DNA of 64,000 nt from an uncultured Phycisphaerales bacterium (GTDB lineage: Bacteria; Planctomycetota; Phycisphaerae; Tepidisphaerales; Tepidisphaeraceae). The notes under the pieces were generated by a model. That model worked only from the letters and a program-made list of their open reading frames with translations. It searched no databases and was not told the origin of the DNA. A program made the position numbers and the translations under genes. The stretch spans positions 1,440,001 to 1,504,000 of the forward strand of contig CAVWVQ010000003.1 in assembly GCA_963758525.1 (NCBI GenBank), given 5' to 3'. Shown here one piece after another: positions 1 through 11,289 of the stretch (positions are counted from its first letter, which is position 1; the number at the start of each line of letters is the position of its first letter).

Positions 1-2241
1 CGTGTCCGCCGGCTTCGTGAAAACCTGAAGAAGGCAAAGGATTTAGCGCGTCAGGCGCCTGCTGAATTGCCGTCGGCGGAAGACATGGAGGAAATGGAAG
101 ATGATGACCGCGAGCGGCTGGAGGATATTCTGTCGGCCGTCTCGCTGTCGCAGAATCCGCAAATCGTGCACGACGAAATCGCGAAGCTGGAAAGGCTGAC
201 AGAACGCGCGGTGGCGGTGGAAGAGGCCTGCACCGAAGCGAAGCTCGCCCGCCTCAAAGCCATCGTTACCGGTCAAGATACGGAGTTCTTCAAGGGTGAA
301 GACTTTCTCTCAAACCCCGGGCGCCGGCTACTGATTTTCACTGAATTTCGCGACACATTGGATTACCTGGTTTCGAAGTTGCGGCAATGGGGGTTTGCGG
401 TCGAGTCAATCCACGGGAGCATGAAGCCGGGCTCACGAGATGAAGCCGGCACTCGGCTCTACGCGGAGCAGAAGTTCCGCGACGGGCCGCTTCAGGGCGG
501 AGCACAGATTCTCGTCGCCACCGAAGCCGCCGGCGAAGGGATCAACCTGCAATGCTGCAACATCCTCCTGAACTACGACATCCCATGGAACCCCAACCGT
601 CTGGAGCAGCGGATGGGACGAATCCACCGCTACGGTCAGACGAAAGACTGCTACATCTTCAATTTCATCGCGACGAACACTATCGAAGGCCAAGTGCTGA
701 TCAAACTGCTGCACAAGCTTCAGGAAATCCGCGATGCCCTTGATGATGACGCCGTTTTCAATGTAGTCGGCGAAATCCTCCCGTCAGCGCAGATTGAGCG
801 CATCCTCCGGGATTACTACGCCGGAAAACTCGGTGACGCCGACCTCGAAGATCGCGTGATGCGGAACGTCCAGGAGGAGGACTTCCGAAATATTTGCCAG
901 AATGCTTTGGAGGGTTTGGCGACGAAGAAGCTCAATCTGGCCATGCTGATTGAGCGTCGTGCCCGGGCGCAGGAACGGCGTCTGGTACCGGAAAGCATCG
1001 CGCGCTTCCTTCAAGATTCAGCAGCGTTGGCCAACCTTGCACTGAAGGAAGTCAAATCCCTCTCTCACACGTTTGATCCGGGGCCGACGCCGTCCAGCCT
1101 CCGGGAATATGAGTCAAAGCCCGGTTGGCAGTTGTCTCGGCTGTCGAATCGATATCCTCGCTTGTCGACCGACCGAGTCGTTGCTGAAGCGAATAGCCTT
1201 GAATGGATAACTCCTGGTCATGCGCTGTTTGAGGCGTTGCGGCAACACACCTGGAGGGCCGCAACAGAAATCCTCAGTAGCGGCGCCACGTTCTATTGGC
1301 TGGACGCGACCACCGCGCTGCGTTTCGACTTCTACCGCGCCCGGATCGTCGATGGTCTCGGCAACATCATCCACGAACGCATGTTTGTGATGCAGCTTGA
1401 AGCAGGAAAGGAACCTGTGCTGCGCGAACCGGGAATCCTGGGAAACCTGGTACCAACGAAGGCTCCGTCGCCGCTCCCCACGATTGCTGCGGCGGACGAG
1501 GCGACGGGATGGCTGAACGAGTGCGCGCTCCGGCCGTTTGTCGATGAAATTCGCCTGGAGCGCACGGCTGAAGTCGAGCGGGTTCGAGCCCACGTCGATT
1601 GGTCCCTCACCGAACTGATCGGGCGGGAGGATCAGAAAATTGGAAAGCTCGCCGAATTGGCGGAGCGCAACTCCGAGGGCGCAGCGGGAAATCTCAAACA
1701 GGCGGAGGATCGCCACGCGGAATTGCTTAACCGTCGGGAGCGTCGTCGAGAAGATCTGGCTCGTCAGGCAACGCTTTCGCTCCAGGCAGTTGAGCGTCTG
1801 ACCTCTATTCTCGTCATTCCGCAACCGGGCCCCGAAGCCGTTCGAGCTCGGAATCTCCAGCCGAATCCCGAGACAGAAGCGACGGCGATGCGCGTGGCGA
1901 TGGAGTACGAGACCGCAGCGGGGCGCACCGTGACCGACGTTCACGAAAAGGATTTGGGATACGACCTGACGAGCCTGGACACCAAATCTGGCGAATTACG
2001 ACTGATTGAGGTGAAAGGCATCGGCGCGGCCGCGGGCACGATCATTATCACGCCCAACGAACATCGGGTCGCGCAGGATCGACGCGACTGCTATTGGCTC
2101 TATGTCGTTACGCATTGCAACTCTGAGCCGCTGCTTGAAACGATCAAGGATCCGGCATCGCAGTCATGGCAGGCCGTTCAAAAGATTCAACACTATACAC
2201 TCCCGACCAACGCGATCGCGCCGGAGAAGGAAACCAGATAG
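1..2241 (+). CDS. SNF2-family helicase with C-terminal DUF3883 (NOV-like nuclease) domain, 5'-partial
   Basis: Frame open from base 1. Helicase C motifs LLIFTEFRDT, VATEAAGEGINLQ and YDIPWNPNRLEQRMGRIHRYGQ. C-terminal GYDLTS...IEVKG...TPNE...YWLYVV fits the DUF3883 pattern. Confidence 0.9.
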   Translation, partial: RVRRLRENLKKAKDLARQAPAELPSAEDMEEMEDDDRERLEDILSAVSLSQNPQIVHDEIAKLERLTERAVAVEEACTEAKLARLKAIVTGQDTEFFKGEDFLSNPGRRLLIFTEFRDTLDYLVSKLRQWGFAVESIHGSMKPGSRDEAGTRLYAEQKFRDGPLQGGAQILVATEAAGEGINLQCCNILLNYDIPWNPNRLEQRMGRIHRYGQTKDCYIFNFIATNTIEGQVLIKLLHKLQEIRDALDDDAVFNVVGEILPSAQIERILRDYYAGKLGDADLEDRVMRNVQEEDFRNICQNALEGLATKKLNLAMLIERRARAQERRLVPESIARFLQDSAALANLALKEVKSLSHTFDPGPTPSSLREYESKPGWQLSRLSNRYPRLSTDRVVAEANSLEWITPGHALFEALRQHTWRAATEILSSGATFYWLDATTALRFDFYRARIVDGLGNIIHERMFVMQLEAGKEPVLREPGILGNLVPTKAPSPLPTIAAADEATGWLNECALRPFVDEIRLERTAEVERVRAHVDWSLTELIGREDQKIGKLAELAERNSEGAAGNLKQAEDRHAELLNRRERRREDLARQATLSLQAVERLTSILVIPQPGPEAVRARNLQPNPETEATAMRVAMEYETAAGRTVTDVHEKDLGYDLTSLDTKSGELRLIEVKGIGAAAGTIIITPNEHRVAQDRRDCYWLYVVTHCNSEPLLETIKDPASQSWQAVQKIQHYTLPTNAIAPEKETR

Positions 2242-2300
2242 GCGTGGCGTTGCCCTCGATAACACTTATCGATCACGTCGCGACATATCCAATCACAAGC

Positions 2301-2768
2301 ATGCTCTATTTCGCATACGGTTCAAATCTCGACTGCCGTCAAATGCGCGACCGGTGCCGATCGTCGCGATTCATTAGCATTGCAAGGCTCGAAGGTCATC
2401 GTCTGGCGTTCTCGCGAAAATCCATCAATCGTAAGTGCGGCGTGGCCGACGTTGTGGAGGCATCTAGGGAAAGTGTCTGGGGCGTTGTATACGAGATCGC
2501 CGATGGCGACGTTGCCCGCTTGGATATCGACGAGGGATTTCGCGCCGGGCGTGCCACGAATTCCTATGAGCGCGTCTTCAAGGAAGTTGTATTGGTAGAT
2601 TTCGGAGGAGGTCGAGCGGTGCGCGTTGAGACGTACGTGGCGAAGCCGCAACCACAACCGCCGCTTCCAAATCGTGCTTACATGGAACAGGTCATTAGCG
2701 GGGCGCGCTTCTGGAATTTGCCGGCGCAGTATATCGAGCGGCTGGAAAGGGTGGAAGTCGCGCAATGA
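2301..2768 (+). CDS. gamma-glutamylcyclotransferase (GGCT/AIG2-like) family protein
   Basis: MLYFAYGSNL N-terminal signature, VWGVVYEI, LDIDEG, and P..AY...ISGARFWNLPAQY. ATG at 2301. Confidence 0.85.
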   Translation: MLYFAYGSNLDCRQMRDRCRSSRFISIARLEGHRLAFSRKSINRKCGVADVVEASRESVWGVVYEIADGDVARLDIDEGFRAGRATNSYERVFKEVVLVDFGGGRAVRVETYVAKPQPQPPLPNRAYMEQVISGARFWNLPAQYIERLERVEVAQ

Positions 2769-5700
2769 TTCCTAAAGAATGCAAACGTCTCGCCGAAGTG
2801 GACTTCCCAATTGCAGCAGTGTCAGTGCATTCCGCACGGGAGAAATCCATCCGTCACGGCCATCCGTCCACGTTGCATCTATGGTGGGCTCGCCGGCCGC
2901 TCGCGGCGTGTCGGGCGATGCTCATGGCGCTGCTGCTGCCAGACCCATGCGACCCGCACTGCCCGAAGGAATTCAAGGCAGACGCACGACGTATCCTGCT
3001 GGGATTTGCGGGCCGGCCGTCAGGGTGGGACAAGACGCTCAAGACGGACGCCGGACTGCGGCACGCCATTCTGCACGAGTTCATCGCGGATTTCGCTAAC
3101 TGGGACAACGCGGCTAACCCAGCATACCTCAAGACAGCACGGGCTATGGTAAAGGCTGCCCACGAAGAAGAATCGCCGCTGGTCGTCGACCCATTCGCCG
3201 GCGGTGGCAGCATTCCGCTGGAGGCCTTGCGGGTTGGCTGCGATGCGTTTGGATCTGATCTAAACCCCCTCGCCTGTGCAATAAACCGAATGATGCTCGA
3301 CGTCATGCCACGGCGCGGCGTGGAATTCGCAGACCAGATTCGGGTCGTTGGTGAGGAGATAAAGCAACAGGCCAAGGTGGCCTTGGTTCAGTTCTATCCT
3401 GAAGATCCCCCCGACGAGAACGGGAGTATCGGTCGGCCACTCGCATATATTTGGGCCCGTACCGTTCAATGTGAGCAACCTGATTGCGGTGCGGAAATAC
3501 CGATTCTCAAGTCTCCGTGGCTTTCAAAACGCACCTGCAAACGCGCGCGGTTCTTCCGCGAATCGCGGAATGGTAGAAGCGTGGTCGTCGTTATGGATGG
3601 CCCGAAGGGTGGCCCGGTGCGAATTCGCATTGTAAAAGGTGAAGGGAGTGAGACGGAGAAAGCTGGGTTCCAAGTTGTGCAAGCTACGAAGGCTGGTGGC
3701 AACAATTCGAATGCGATTTGCCCATGCTGCCGCAGGCCGCTGGATGGTGAACGGGTAATGGCTCAGCTAACAGCGCAGCGGGGCGGTGCAGATCCGCAAT
3801 TTGACGAAAAAGGTAAGCGAATTGGAGGGGCGACATTGTTAGCAGTCGTTACGTACAGACAAGGGTTGCAGGGCAAAGATTTCCGCCTGCCTACGGTGCA
3901 TGATTATAAGGCTATTTGGTCTGCCGGTGAGGCGCTTCGCTCGATGGGACGGGACGTTCCAGAAGGATTCCTAAATCCTGTACGGCCTTCGCCGAATGCC
4001 AGGGGTCTCACTGCGCCAACGCGTTATGGGGTCAAAAGATTTGCTGATCTATTCACTCCAAGGCAGAGAATCACTGTGCTAACTTTGGGCGAATGCGTTC
4101 ATAAGGTACTGCTGAGCAAGAAGTGCGAGGAAGACGAATACTTTCCCTACTTGTTAGCGATGGGCCGCTGCATTGACCAGACATCGGCACAGGTACGATG
4201 GATTCCAAATATCGAAGCTATTGCTAGTTCCTTTCCACGGCAAGCATTGCAGATGACATGGGACTTTGTCGAATGTGTTCCTGTGGGAGATCAGAGCGCA
4301 AACTTTGGCGCTGCAGTTGAATGGGTAGCAAAAGTGGTCGAGCTAAACGCGGCCTCGATCACGGCAACTGGACAAAGCGAGCAATCCGACGCCCGACGAT
4401 TGCCATTAGCCGATGATGCTGTCGGCATCTTTTTCACAGACCCACCCTATTACGATGCGGTTCCGTACGCAGACCTTTCTGATTTTTTTCTGTCGTGGCT
4501 CAAGCCGCTTTTCCGTCCATCCGTATTGCGGCGATATCGCTTTGATGCTGACGATGGACTGTCTCCGAAAGCAGAGGAATGTGTATGGAATCGAGCGCAT
4601 AAGGTTCAAGGACTCGCGAAAGATCCCGTATTCTTTGAATCTGGAATGAGAGCGGCATTCGCGGATGGGCGTCGTGTCCTGAGCGAAGATGGAGTGGGAT
4701 GCATCGTATTTGCGCACAAAACGACTGAAGGTTGGGAAGCACTTCTGGGTGGCCTCTTGGCCGCTGGTTGGGTAATCGTTGCCTCTTGGCCCATTGTTAC
4801 CGAACGGGCCGTTCGCACAAACGCGCAGAACACCGCGTCCCTAGCGGCAAGTATCCATCTCATTTGCCGGCCTCGGCCCGGGAACGCGGGCGTCGGTGAC
4901 TGGGGTGAGATTGTTCGCGATCTTCCCAATCGCATCAGTGATTGGATGGAACGGCTGAGTGTTGAGGGAATTCGTGGTGCCGACTTGGTCTTTGCTTGCA
5001 TCGGTCCGGCATCGAGTTGTTCAGCAAGTATGCGCGCGTCGAGACCCCCGACGGCGAAGAGGTGGGGTTAGCCGCAAACGACCGAGCGCGCGGCGAGGCG
5101 GCGAGGCGCGGCTTCCTGTCCTACATCTGGGAGGTTGCGGGGCGAACGGCACTGAACCAGGTGCTCGGCACAGCGGAGTCGAAAGCCAAGAATGGTGCGG
5201 CCGGCGCGCTGGAGGAAGATGCGCGATTGACGGCGCTTTTCCTTTGGACGCTTCAAGCAACCGATGCGAAAGCGCCCTCGCGGCAAAAGCCGGTGGGATT
5301 GACGATGAGGAGGCTGCTGATGATGAGGGCGACGAAGCCGAAGGTGGCGCCGGTGGCGGGAAGAAGAAGGGCTTAACGATGATCTACGATATGGCCCGCA
5401 GATTTGCTCAACCTCTGGGCATTCACATGGACTTGTGGGAAGGACGGATCATCGAAACTGCCAAGGGAATGGTGCGCCTCCTCCCGGTGAGCGAACGTGC
5501 TAAGCAACTGTTTGGAGACGAGGGCGCGTCCGCCGTCGTGCGGAAATTCGATGCGGCCCGCAAACCCAACCCCCAGCTCGTACTTGATTTCATGGCCGAG
5601 CAGCGGGCTGCAGTGCCGGAAGTGAAGACCCGCGGCCGGCGAAATAAGGCAGGTGGTGACACAGCGGCCGAAGGGCTGCGCACTCGGAAGGAAGCCACGA

Positions 5701-5894
5701 CTCTGGATCGCGTTCACGCCGCGATGCTGCTGCAATCAAGTGGAGCGTCAAACGCTTTGCGGGCACTTCTGCAAGCCGAAATCCAACGTGGTCCTGACTT
5801 CCTTCGCCTCGCCAACGCGTTATCAGCGCTATATCCTCGTGAATCCGAAGAAAAGCGGCTGCTGGATGCGATGCTTCTGGCCGTGCCGAGGTGA
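2765..5894 (+). CDS. DUF1156-family adenine DNA methyltransferase, split by two frameshifts (~5010, ~5280)
   Basis: STLHLWWARRPLAACRA (DUF1156), DPFAGGGSIP (motif I) and TDPPYYD (motif IV). Continues in ORFs 4996..5376 and 4959..5894. Confidence 0.85.
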
Positions 5895-6388
5895 TCTCGA
5901 TGGAAATGTGGGAACATCCAGGGGCGCGGGTCGATCAACTCTTCATCTCGGCTTCCCGCCGCGATGTCGAGGACCAGGAAATCGGCCCCGCGCTGACCAC
6001 GCTTGGGAAAATGTTGAAGCCGGAGGTCGCGAGGCGGGTGCGCGGCAAAGTCGTCTTTTGCATCGACGGCTACGACGATGATCCGCGCGACCTGTACCAC
6101 ATCTCGGAAGTGCGCTCCTGGATGGCGGCGCTGGACCGTGAATTTCCGTTCTGGTTCTATTTTTTGGACATTGGCCCGGCCTCGACGCTCACGTTCGTTA
6201 TGTTCTCGCTCTGCCAGTTCGAGCGAGTCCCGGGGGGATCGTTGATTCCGCCGGCAGAGCTTGAGCGATTTGTCGACGAGCACATTCAAGCTATGAACAC
6301 TTTGGCCGTCCGACTTGGAGATCCGCAACACGTGACTGAGGCGCGGCTGCGGATCATTGATGAGTTCTTCGTCTCTGACGAAGATTGA
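5891..6388 (+). CDS. CRR6/DUF1817-like protein
   Basis: GYDDDPRDLYHISEVRSWMAALDREFPFWFYFL resembles the DUF1817/CRR6 core. Start overlaps the upstream stop. Confidence 0.6.
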   Translation: MISMEMWEHPGARVDQLFISASRRDVEDQEIGPALTTLGKMLKPEVARRVRGKVVFCIDGYDDDPRDLYHISEVRSWMAALDREFPFWFYFLDIGPASTLTFVMFSLCQFERVPGGSLIPPAELERFVDEHIQAMNTLAVRLGDPQHVTEARLRIIDEFFVSDED

Positions 6389-6441
6389 TAGTTCGGCGGC
6401 GCGCTCGATTGAGAGGGACAAGAAAGCAAGGCGGTGAGATT

Positions 6442-9276
6442 ATGGACCCTTGGTATAGAGTGACCACCCCGAGGAAGGAAGTTCGCGAAGGCAGGTCGTT
6501 CAATCCGGATGAATTCGCGATCGCCCTAGAGCAGATCGTCGCGGGCACGGCACCGGAGGACTACCGCATTCCCAAGGAGTTCTTCAAACGAACGTGCTTC
6601 ACGCGGGCGCTGCGCGATCACACGGGGATGGCTTTGCGCCGGCTATCTGGCCAGACTGGCAACGCGGCGCCCGTGATGGCGCTGGTAACTCAGTTCGGCG
6701 GCGGCAAGACGCATACGCTGACAACGTTGTATCATCTGGTTCGCGGGGGTATCGACATTCAGGAACTGCGTCGGCTCTCAACTTCGGTGGAACAAGAGGC
6801 TGTCCTTGGGCAGAGCAATTGGCTCGACGAGTTCAAAGTATTGCCCAAAGGCCGCGTCGCGGTATTCGTTGGTAATGCGTGGGACCCACAGGATGGAGCG
6901 GAGACACCGTGGATTGATGTAGCCCGGCAACTCGCTGGCGATGACGGGGTGAAGGCGCTCGGCAAGGATGCCAAGACTACGCCACCGGGAACGACGGCGC
7001 TGGGTAACGTATTCAAGGCAGCGAATGCGCCGGTGCTCGTGCTTTTCGACGAGGTTTTGAACTTCCTGAACCGCCACCGTGGATCCGCAGATAGTTTTCA
7101 TGCGTTTATTCAGAACCTGACTGTGGCAATGACTGGCACGACCAGCGGCGTGGCGATGATCAGTTTGCCGCGAAGCCAGACTGAAATGACACCGTGGGAC
7201 CAAGAGTGGCAGGCGAAGATCACCAAGGTGGTGAAGCGCGTCGCGAAAGACCTGATCGTCAATGATGAAGGGGAGATCGCCGAGGTTGTGCGGCGCCGGC
7301 TGTTCGATGCCGTTGATTCCTCTGCGGTGCAAAAAGCGGCAAAAACGGTCGCCAAGAGTTACGCCGATTGGTGCTTCGACAAGCGGGCGCAGCTCCCGCC
7401 GGAATGGACGGCTGTAGATACGGCGACTACAGACGCCAAAGCCAAGGATTTTTTGCGACGGCGTTTTGAGTCTTGTTATCCGTTCCATCCCGCAACTCTT
7501 TCAGTGTTCCAGCGTAAATGGCAGACGTTGCCGCAATATCAACAGACGCGCGGCACACTCGCCATGTTGGCGCAATGGGTGTCGTGGGCATTTGTGGAAC
7601 AACACCAGCGGAGTGTCAGTGAGCCGCTGCTTACGTTGGGCAGAGCCCCCTTGCACGATCCAAGCTTTATGAGCGTGGTGTTGGGCCAGCTTGGCGAGCC
7701 GCGACTTTCGTCAGCCATCATGACGGACATCGCGGGAGAAAACAGCCACGCAAAGGCTCTGGATGCCGATACGAAAGGACCGTTGCGGGAGATTCATCGT
7801 CGGGTAGGGACGGCGATTCTATTCGAGTCGTCGGGTGGACAGGCGGACAAGATGGCTCATTTGCCGGAACTGCGGTTCGCACTAGGTGAGCCGAACCTTG
7901 ACACCACATCAATCGACAACGCAGCCGAGACATTGGAAAAGAAGGGTTATTTCATCCGCAAAGTCGGCACCGATGGGTTCCGCTTCGGATTTCAGCCCAC
8001 GTTGAAGAAGGTGGTGGCAGATCGACGCGCATCGCTTGACGAGGAGGACGATATCCAAAAGCCGACAAGGCTAATCGTCAAGCGAGAATTCGAGCAGAAG
8101 GCGAAGTTGCCGCTGATCCCATTCCCGAAGGATGGGGATGCGGTGCAAGACACGGCGCGCCTCACGGTCGTCCTGCTTGAACCTGAGACGGAGTGGGATG
8201 AGCGGGGTGACTTGCGCAAAGAAATCTCGCAGTGGACGATGAAGCGTGGCGGATCGCATCGACTGTATCCGGGCTCGCTCGTCTGGTGCGTTCGGAAGGC
8301 GGGCAAGGATTTGCGGCAGAAGGTCGAGCATTGGCAGGCTTGGAAAAAAGTACAGCAGGAAATCACCGATGGGACGCTTCAAGGAGAGTTCGAAAGTTCG
8401 GATCGATCCAAGGTGAGTTCGGAACTCACCGAGGCCGCAGACGTGGCAGCCGATGAAGTCTGGGCAAGCTACCGGTTCATGGTCATTGCGGATCCATCGC
8501 AGCCGGATGGGATCAAAGCCATCGACCTGGGCGCCGGCCACAGCAGCGCTGGACAATCGATGACTGAGCGAATCATCGCCACTCTGAAATCTGAAGGCCT
8601 GCTGAACGAATCGGTGGGGGCGGGTTACCTTGAACGGAATTGGCCACCGGCGCTGCGGGAGTCGGGGGCTTGGGCGCTATCGAGCATGCGTCAGGCCTTT
8701 CTCAACGGCGCGCTGACCAGGCTCGCTGACCCGGACACGACGCTGCGCGAGAAAATTGTCGAGTTCGTGGCGCACGGCGACCTCGGCTTGGCATCTGGTC
8801 AGAAGCCGGACGGCACGTTTGACCGTGTGTGGTTCGACCAGCCGGTGAGTGTCGACGAGGTGGCATTCGACGCTCAGGTCTTCCTTCTCACGAAGTCTAG
8901 GGCGAAGTCGCATCTGGCCAGGCCCGCGCCGACAGGAGCGGAGGAGCCCGCGCAGCCAAAGGCCGGCGTCGGTGAAGGGACGCCGGCGGCACCTTCCGCA
9001 CAATCAGGAACAGCGACCGCAGATGGCCAATATCATGAGCGAGATGAGCATCCAGGAGTGAATATGATTCGCGTGAGCGGTCAGATTTCACCGGAACTCT
9101 GGAATAAGCTCGGCGTCCGGCTCCTTCCTCGCTTGAAGAGCGGCGGCAAACTTCGACTCGGAATCGACTTCGCTTGTGAAATACCAGCGGCGGATGCCGA
9201 GTCAATTTCGGCCGAACTGCGGCAGGCAATCGCGGACCTGCGCCTCGAAAGCATGGTGACAGTTCAGGTGAGCTGA
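6442..9276 (+). CDS. DUF499 AAA+ ATPase
   Basis: PWYRVTTPRKEV N-terminus, Walker A TQFGGGKTH, Walker B VLFDE, and YPFHP ... YQQTRGTL. Confidence 0.9.
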   Translation: MDPWYRVTTPRKEVREGRSFNPDEFAIALEQIVAGTAPEDYRIPKEFFKRTCFTRALRDHTGMALRRLSGQTGNAAPVMALVTQFGGGKTHTLTTLYHLVRGGIDIQELRRLSTSVEQEAVLGQSNWLDEFKVLPKGRVAVFVGNAWDPQDGAETPWIDVARQLAGDDGVKALGKDAKTTPPGTTALGNVFKAANAPVLVLFDEVLNFLNRHRGSADSFHAFIQNLTVAMTGTTSGVAMISLPRSQTEMTPWDQEWQAKITKVVKRVAKDLIVNDEGEIAEVVRRRLFDAVDSSAVQKAAKTVAKSYADWCFDKRAQLPPEWTAVDTATTDAKAKDFLRRRFESCYPFHPATLSVFQRKWQTLPQYQQTRGTLAMLAQWVSWAFVEQHQRSVSEPLLTLGRAPLHDPSFMSVVLGQLGEPRLSSAIMTDIAGENSHAKALDADTKGPLREIHRRVGTAILFESSGGQADKMAHLPELRFALGEPNLDTTSIDNAAETLEKKGYFIRKVGTDGFRFGFQPTLKKVVADRRASLDEEDDIQKPTRLIVKREFEQKAKLPLIPFPKDGDAVQDTARLTVVLLEPETEWDERGDLRKEISQWTMKRGGSHRLYPGSLVWCVRKAGKDLRQKVEHWQAWKKVQQEITDGTLQGEFESSDRSKVSSELTEAADVAADEVWASYRFMVIADPSQPDGIKAIDLGAGHSSAGQSMTERIIATLKSEGLLNESVGAGYLERNWPPALRESGAWALSSMRQAFLNGALTRLADPDTTLREKIVEFVAHGDLGLASGQKPDGTFDRVWFDQPVSVDEVAFDAQVFLLTKSRAKSHLARPAPTGAEEPAQPKAGVGEGTPAAPSAQSGTATADGQYHERDEHPGVNMIRVSGQISPELWNKLGVRLLPRLKSGGKLRLGIDFACEIPAADAESISAELRQAIADLRLESMVTVQVS

Positions 9277-9334
9277 TGTGGTACGGATCCGCTAAAGAGC
9301 CGAAGTCGAATAGACGGCTGAACGAGTGGTTTGT

Positions 9335-9492
9335 CGACGAAGGCCCGCTCGGGAGCCGGAACGACCGAAGCCCAGCACACAACGGACGCTCACTACCGTC
9401 ACTACCGTCACTGATCAGGCGCCGTAACGCGCCCCAGAGCTTGATCAGTGACGGTAGTGAGCTTAATGACGGTGCATTCAGAGTTGCTGGAA
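9335..9492. repeat. Iteron palindrome family A, copy 1
   Basis: CTCACTACCGTCACTACCGTCACTGATCAGGC ... GCTTGATCAGTGACGGTAGTGAG, then GAGTTGCTGGAA. Homologous to 11746-11848 and 20008-20174. Confidence 0.9.
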
Positions 9493-9598
9493 CTCACGGC
9501 GAGACCTTGCACCGTGTCGTGAAGTGCCTGCATGGGCCAGCTGCTCGGCCGCGTCATTTGGCATCGCCGGCGGGCCGCGTCGCTTTGTGGACGTGGGT

Positions 9599-9919
9599 TT
9601 ACGTTTGGTCAATGCGAACCCGTACCGTCTTGCCGTTCAGGCGAAGAAGAGCGGCGTTGACGGATTCAATCAGCGCCGCGTCGGCAAATCCTACAAAGAC
9701 ATCCGGCTTGCGATTTTCCATCACATTGACGATCGCACGTTCGGTCGCAACTTCAAAAACCGCCTCGCGTACCCGTCCCTTTGGCGGATCGCCGTTGAAA
9801 ATCGCGGCGTATTCCTCTGCCGATCTGCTGCTAATTTCCTTTGCCTGTTTCGCCGTCGGGAAATAGCCCATCTCGTTGGCGCGCTCAATGAAGTGCATGT
9901 GAGTGTTATTCGTTGCCAT
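9599..9919 (-). CDS. hypothetical protein
   Basis: 106-aa ORF with ATG, co-oriented downstream of the AbrB-domain gene. No recognisable motif. Confidence 0.5.
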   Translation of the reverse strand: MATNNTHMHFIERANEMGYFPTAKQAKEISSRSAEEYAAIFNGDPPKGRVREAVFEVATERAIVNVMENRKPDVFVGFADAALIESVNAALLRLNGKTVRVRIDQT

Positions 9920-10016
9920 GGTTCACCGTGCCTTCGTGTGTCAAAAGTTTACCGGCTTCCCACTAGCTCCGCCTCACCTATTTAACCTGGGTGACCCACC
10001 CGGAGCTGCTCACCCA

Positions 10017-10565
10017 TCACGCGCTCGCCGTGGCAAGATCACGGCGGCGGACCAGGATTCCTTGCGCAGTCAAGGTCATGATGACCGGAGTGCCGGGCGT
10101 CAGATCACGCTCTTCACGGAGCGCGGCCGACAGCACGAGTTCGCCATGTGGGCCGATGGTGCCGGTGCCCTCGTAATTGCGAAACTCTGCGCGGCGGTTG
10201 TTCAGTGTGCTGTTGGGAACCACGAAACTTTCGCCGACGGCGACCTTGGTAGCGGGGTCACGGCTGATGACGCGGGTATTTTTCTTGCCCTCCTTCACGA
10301 CGAAAAAACGTCCAGGTTCATGCTCGACTTCAACACTGACAGGATACGACCGCCCGGCATACGGTCGTCCAGCGTTATCTTTGAATTTCGGCCGGACAAG
10401 CAGTGTCTGCACTTTTACGATGTCTTTTTCAGATTCCTTAATTCGGGGGCCAGCGGGCCCTCCCTTACCGTCGTCGGGAACCACTCGCCAATTCAAATCG
10501 GACCGCCGGACCACCAAGAACTTGCCGGGCAACCCGCGCACTTCACATCGTCGGGAAAAGGCCAT
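10017..10565 (-). CDS. protein with two N-terminal beta-rich repeats and a C-terminal AbrB/MazE/SpoVT-like domain (copy 1)
   Basis: C-terminal GTIGPHGELVLSAALREERDLTPGTPVIMTLTAQGILVRR matches the AbrB pattern. Paralog at 12014..12568. GGAG RBS. Confidence 0.7.
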   Translation of the reverse strand: MAFSRRCEVRGLPGKFLVVRRSDLNWRVVPDDGKGGPAGPRIKESEKDIVKVQTLLVRPKFKDNAGRPYAGRSYPVSVEVEHEPGRFFVVKEGKKNTRVISRDPATKVAVGESFVVPNSTLNNRRAEFRNYEGTGTIGPHGELVLSAALREERDLTPGTPVIMTLTAQGILVRRRDLATASA

Positions 10566-10753
10566 TTTTGCTCTCCAATTATGACAGTCAGAGTAGCGTT
10601 TTCCAAAACGCTGTACAAAATTCTATATCTGACATATATTAGTCTACGCAGCCGACGTGACATGTGTCAACCAGGCGGGGGTTATGTCGTCAGCGGGTTG
10701 CCAACGAGGAGTGCTTCTCGGGCGTGTTCGATTGGTTCTGACTTGAGGTTTTC

Positions 10754-11278
10754 ATGAGAATTGTAAAGGCCACGAGGCTCAGCTCACATGATCTTTCACT
10801 GCTCGGCTGGGAAGCGAAGCGGGCATATCAACGAGACCAGCGCGATGTTAGTCGATGGCGGGGTTGGAGGGCTCCAATCGGCTATCAGTGCCGCATCCCC
10901 TGTACCTTGCAAAACCACGTCATACGTGCTGCGGCCGAGGAGGTCCTGTCGCGCATCGCCGAGTTGTGCTTTGACGACGCGCTCGTACTCCAATCGAGAG
11001 TTCGCTCTATCGAGGCGCTGCCGCGGCGGGAGCAAATCACCCGTGACCGCCACGGGAGAGAGCGGATCCATCTTGGTCGATGCAGGCGCGACGACCGAAA
11101 GATCCTCCTCAATGAGGACATCGTCGATTCTGACTGGGCGCGCTATGTCTTCGCCCACGAGTGCGGCCATGCGGTTCAGCGGATCGGTCATCACTGGGGA
11201 CATAAGGCGAACGAGCGATGGGCAGACCGATACGCTTTGAGCCTCGGGTATTCGAGGCCCGCATCGATGGGTCGGTAG
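10754..11278 (+). CDS. ImmA/IrrE-like HExxH zinc metallopeptidase (copy 1)
   Basis: ILLN...RYVFAHECGH...NERWADRYA. Paralog at 12684..13211. Confidence 0.7.
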   Translation: MRIVKATRLSSHDLSLLGWEAKRAYQRDQRDVSRWRGWRAPIGYQCRIPCTLQNHVIRAAAEEVLSRIAELCFDDALVLQSRVRSIEALPRREQITRDRHGRERIHLGRCRRDDRKILLNEDIVDSDWARYVFAHECGHAVQRIGHHWGHKANERWADRYALSLGYSRPASMGR

Positions 11279-11289
11279 CGCGACGGGTT

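Noticed and set aside
9276..9866. ORFs 9276..9866 and 19994..20401 sharing SLPSLPSL
   Set aside because: The similarity comes from translating repeat A. At most these are remnants of a gene tail, not intact genes.
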